Assembly: GCA_028711115.1 (NCBI GenBank)
Contig: JAQTSV010000001.1
Span: 902,032-966,031 of the forward strand
From: Candidatus Omnitrophota bacterium
GTDB taxonomy: Bacteria > Omnitrophota > Gorgyraeia > Velamenicoccales > JABMQK01
Reading direction: 5' to 3'
Length of the DNA: 64,000 nt
Shown: one piece after another, positions 63,521 to 64,000 of the stretch
How positions within the stretch are numbered: the first letter of the stretch is position 1
Layout of the letters: the number at the start of each line of letters is the position of its first letter
Program-made: the position numbers and the translations under genes
The notes under the pieces: model-generated
What the model was told of the DNA's origin: nothing
What the model saw: the letters and a program-made list of their open reading frames with translations, nothing else
Databases searched by the model: none

Positions 63521-64000
63521 TTAGAAGGAAACCTTTATTGATGCGATTGCTTCCTTAACATCGCCAAAACGATGATCAGATACTGCAAAAGCCTGGCCAG
63601 GCCTAAAGTAACCGGCCATTAAGCCAAGTTGTACGTCTGCTGTGTAATCATAAGTTAAAGTTAAGTCAATCTCGTCTCCAAGATGCCTATTGCCTGAATA
63701 TGCATTAGTATGTGCCACGTGGCTCGGATTACGAGTATTAATAAGTACGCTATTTGCATCCAGATCATTAGAAAGATTAAGCCATACATAGTCTAATGTC
63801 AACTTCAGGTCTTCAGCGGGAACTATACTACCGCGTAAATTCAACACTTGTGACTGGGTTGCATTAAACAAAACATTGATAATATGGCCGCTTGTCTGAT
63901 TCTCAAACATCGGATCCCAAGAGTGTGCCGCGCTTCCACTGTCACTGCAAGAATAAACGCTGTAGATTGCCATTAATACAGGGCTGTATTTCATATTCAA
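63521..64000 (-). CDS. Outer-membrane beta-barrel protein, C-terminal fragment (gene continues beyond the window)
   Basis: Alternating amphipathic beta-strand pattern (LTLTYDYTADVQLGLMAGYF) and a C-terminal ...IKVSF aromatic terminus typical of OMPs. Family not assigned. Confidence 0.45.
   Translation of the reverse strand: MNMKYSPVLMAIYSVYSCSDSGSAAHSWDPMFENQTSGHIINVLFNATQSQVLNLRGSIVPAEDLKLTLDYVWLNLSNDLDANSVLINTRNPSHVAHTNAYSGNRHLGDEIDLTLTYDYTADVQLGLMAGYFRPGQAFAVSDHRFGDVKEAIASIKVSF

Overview
This is a 64-kb, visibly AT-rich bacterial window. Every credible gene, about 60 in all, lies on the minus strand, and gene junctions are tiny or overlapping (1-, 4-, 8-nt). The plus-strand ORFs in the track look like antisense shadows. 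I found no rRNA, tRNA, CRISPR array, transposase or integrase. An LpxL-type acyltransferase, GmhB, TatA and an outer-membrane beta-barrel fragment suggest a diderm, probably an uncultivated lineage; that taxonomic guess is inference only.

Reading in the direction of transcription (high to low coordinates), the content is:
- Partial porin with an intrinsic terminator, then tatA.
- A GH57 alpha-glucan enzyme, a membrane-anchored CBM-like protein, an orphan ParA ATPase fused to a CBM48 glycogen-binding domain, a polybasic small protein and a Zn-ribbon protein.
- A DUF3108-like protein, an MGDG-synthase-like GT28 and an LpxL-like acyltransferase.
- A roughly 24-kb glycan locus (31947..55965). It holds nine GT2 domains (one fused to a MOP flippase), five class I SAM methyltransferases, four B12-binding radical SAM enzymes, ManC, a Gmd/Rmd-like SDR, a DegT aminotransferase, a cupin and a large polytopic membrane protein.
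- A DUF4956-CotH-VTC three-gene operon.
- More envelope glycosylation genes: DegT, two GT2s, a GT87-like GT-C, GmhB and a second MGDG-synthase-like GT.
- Housekeeping genes: priA (with degenerate helicase motifs), fmt, two tandem GalT paralogs (one with the nucleophile His replaced by Arg), gap and fcl.
- An EPS-type MarR regulator, wzm/wzt and a KpsS/C-like transferase.
- A legionaminic-acid-type nonulosonic acid pathway ending in HisF/HisH paralogs.

The most promising undescribed systems are, in my judgement:
1. The radical-SAM/methyltransferase-rich glycan locus.
2. The ParA-CBM48 module next to GH57.
3. The DUF4956-CotH-VTC triad.

All family calls come from motif recognition by eye. No database search was run.
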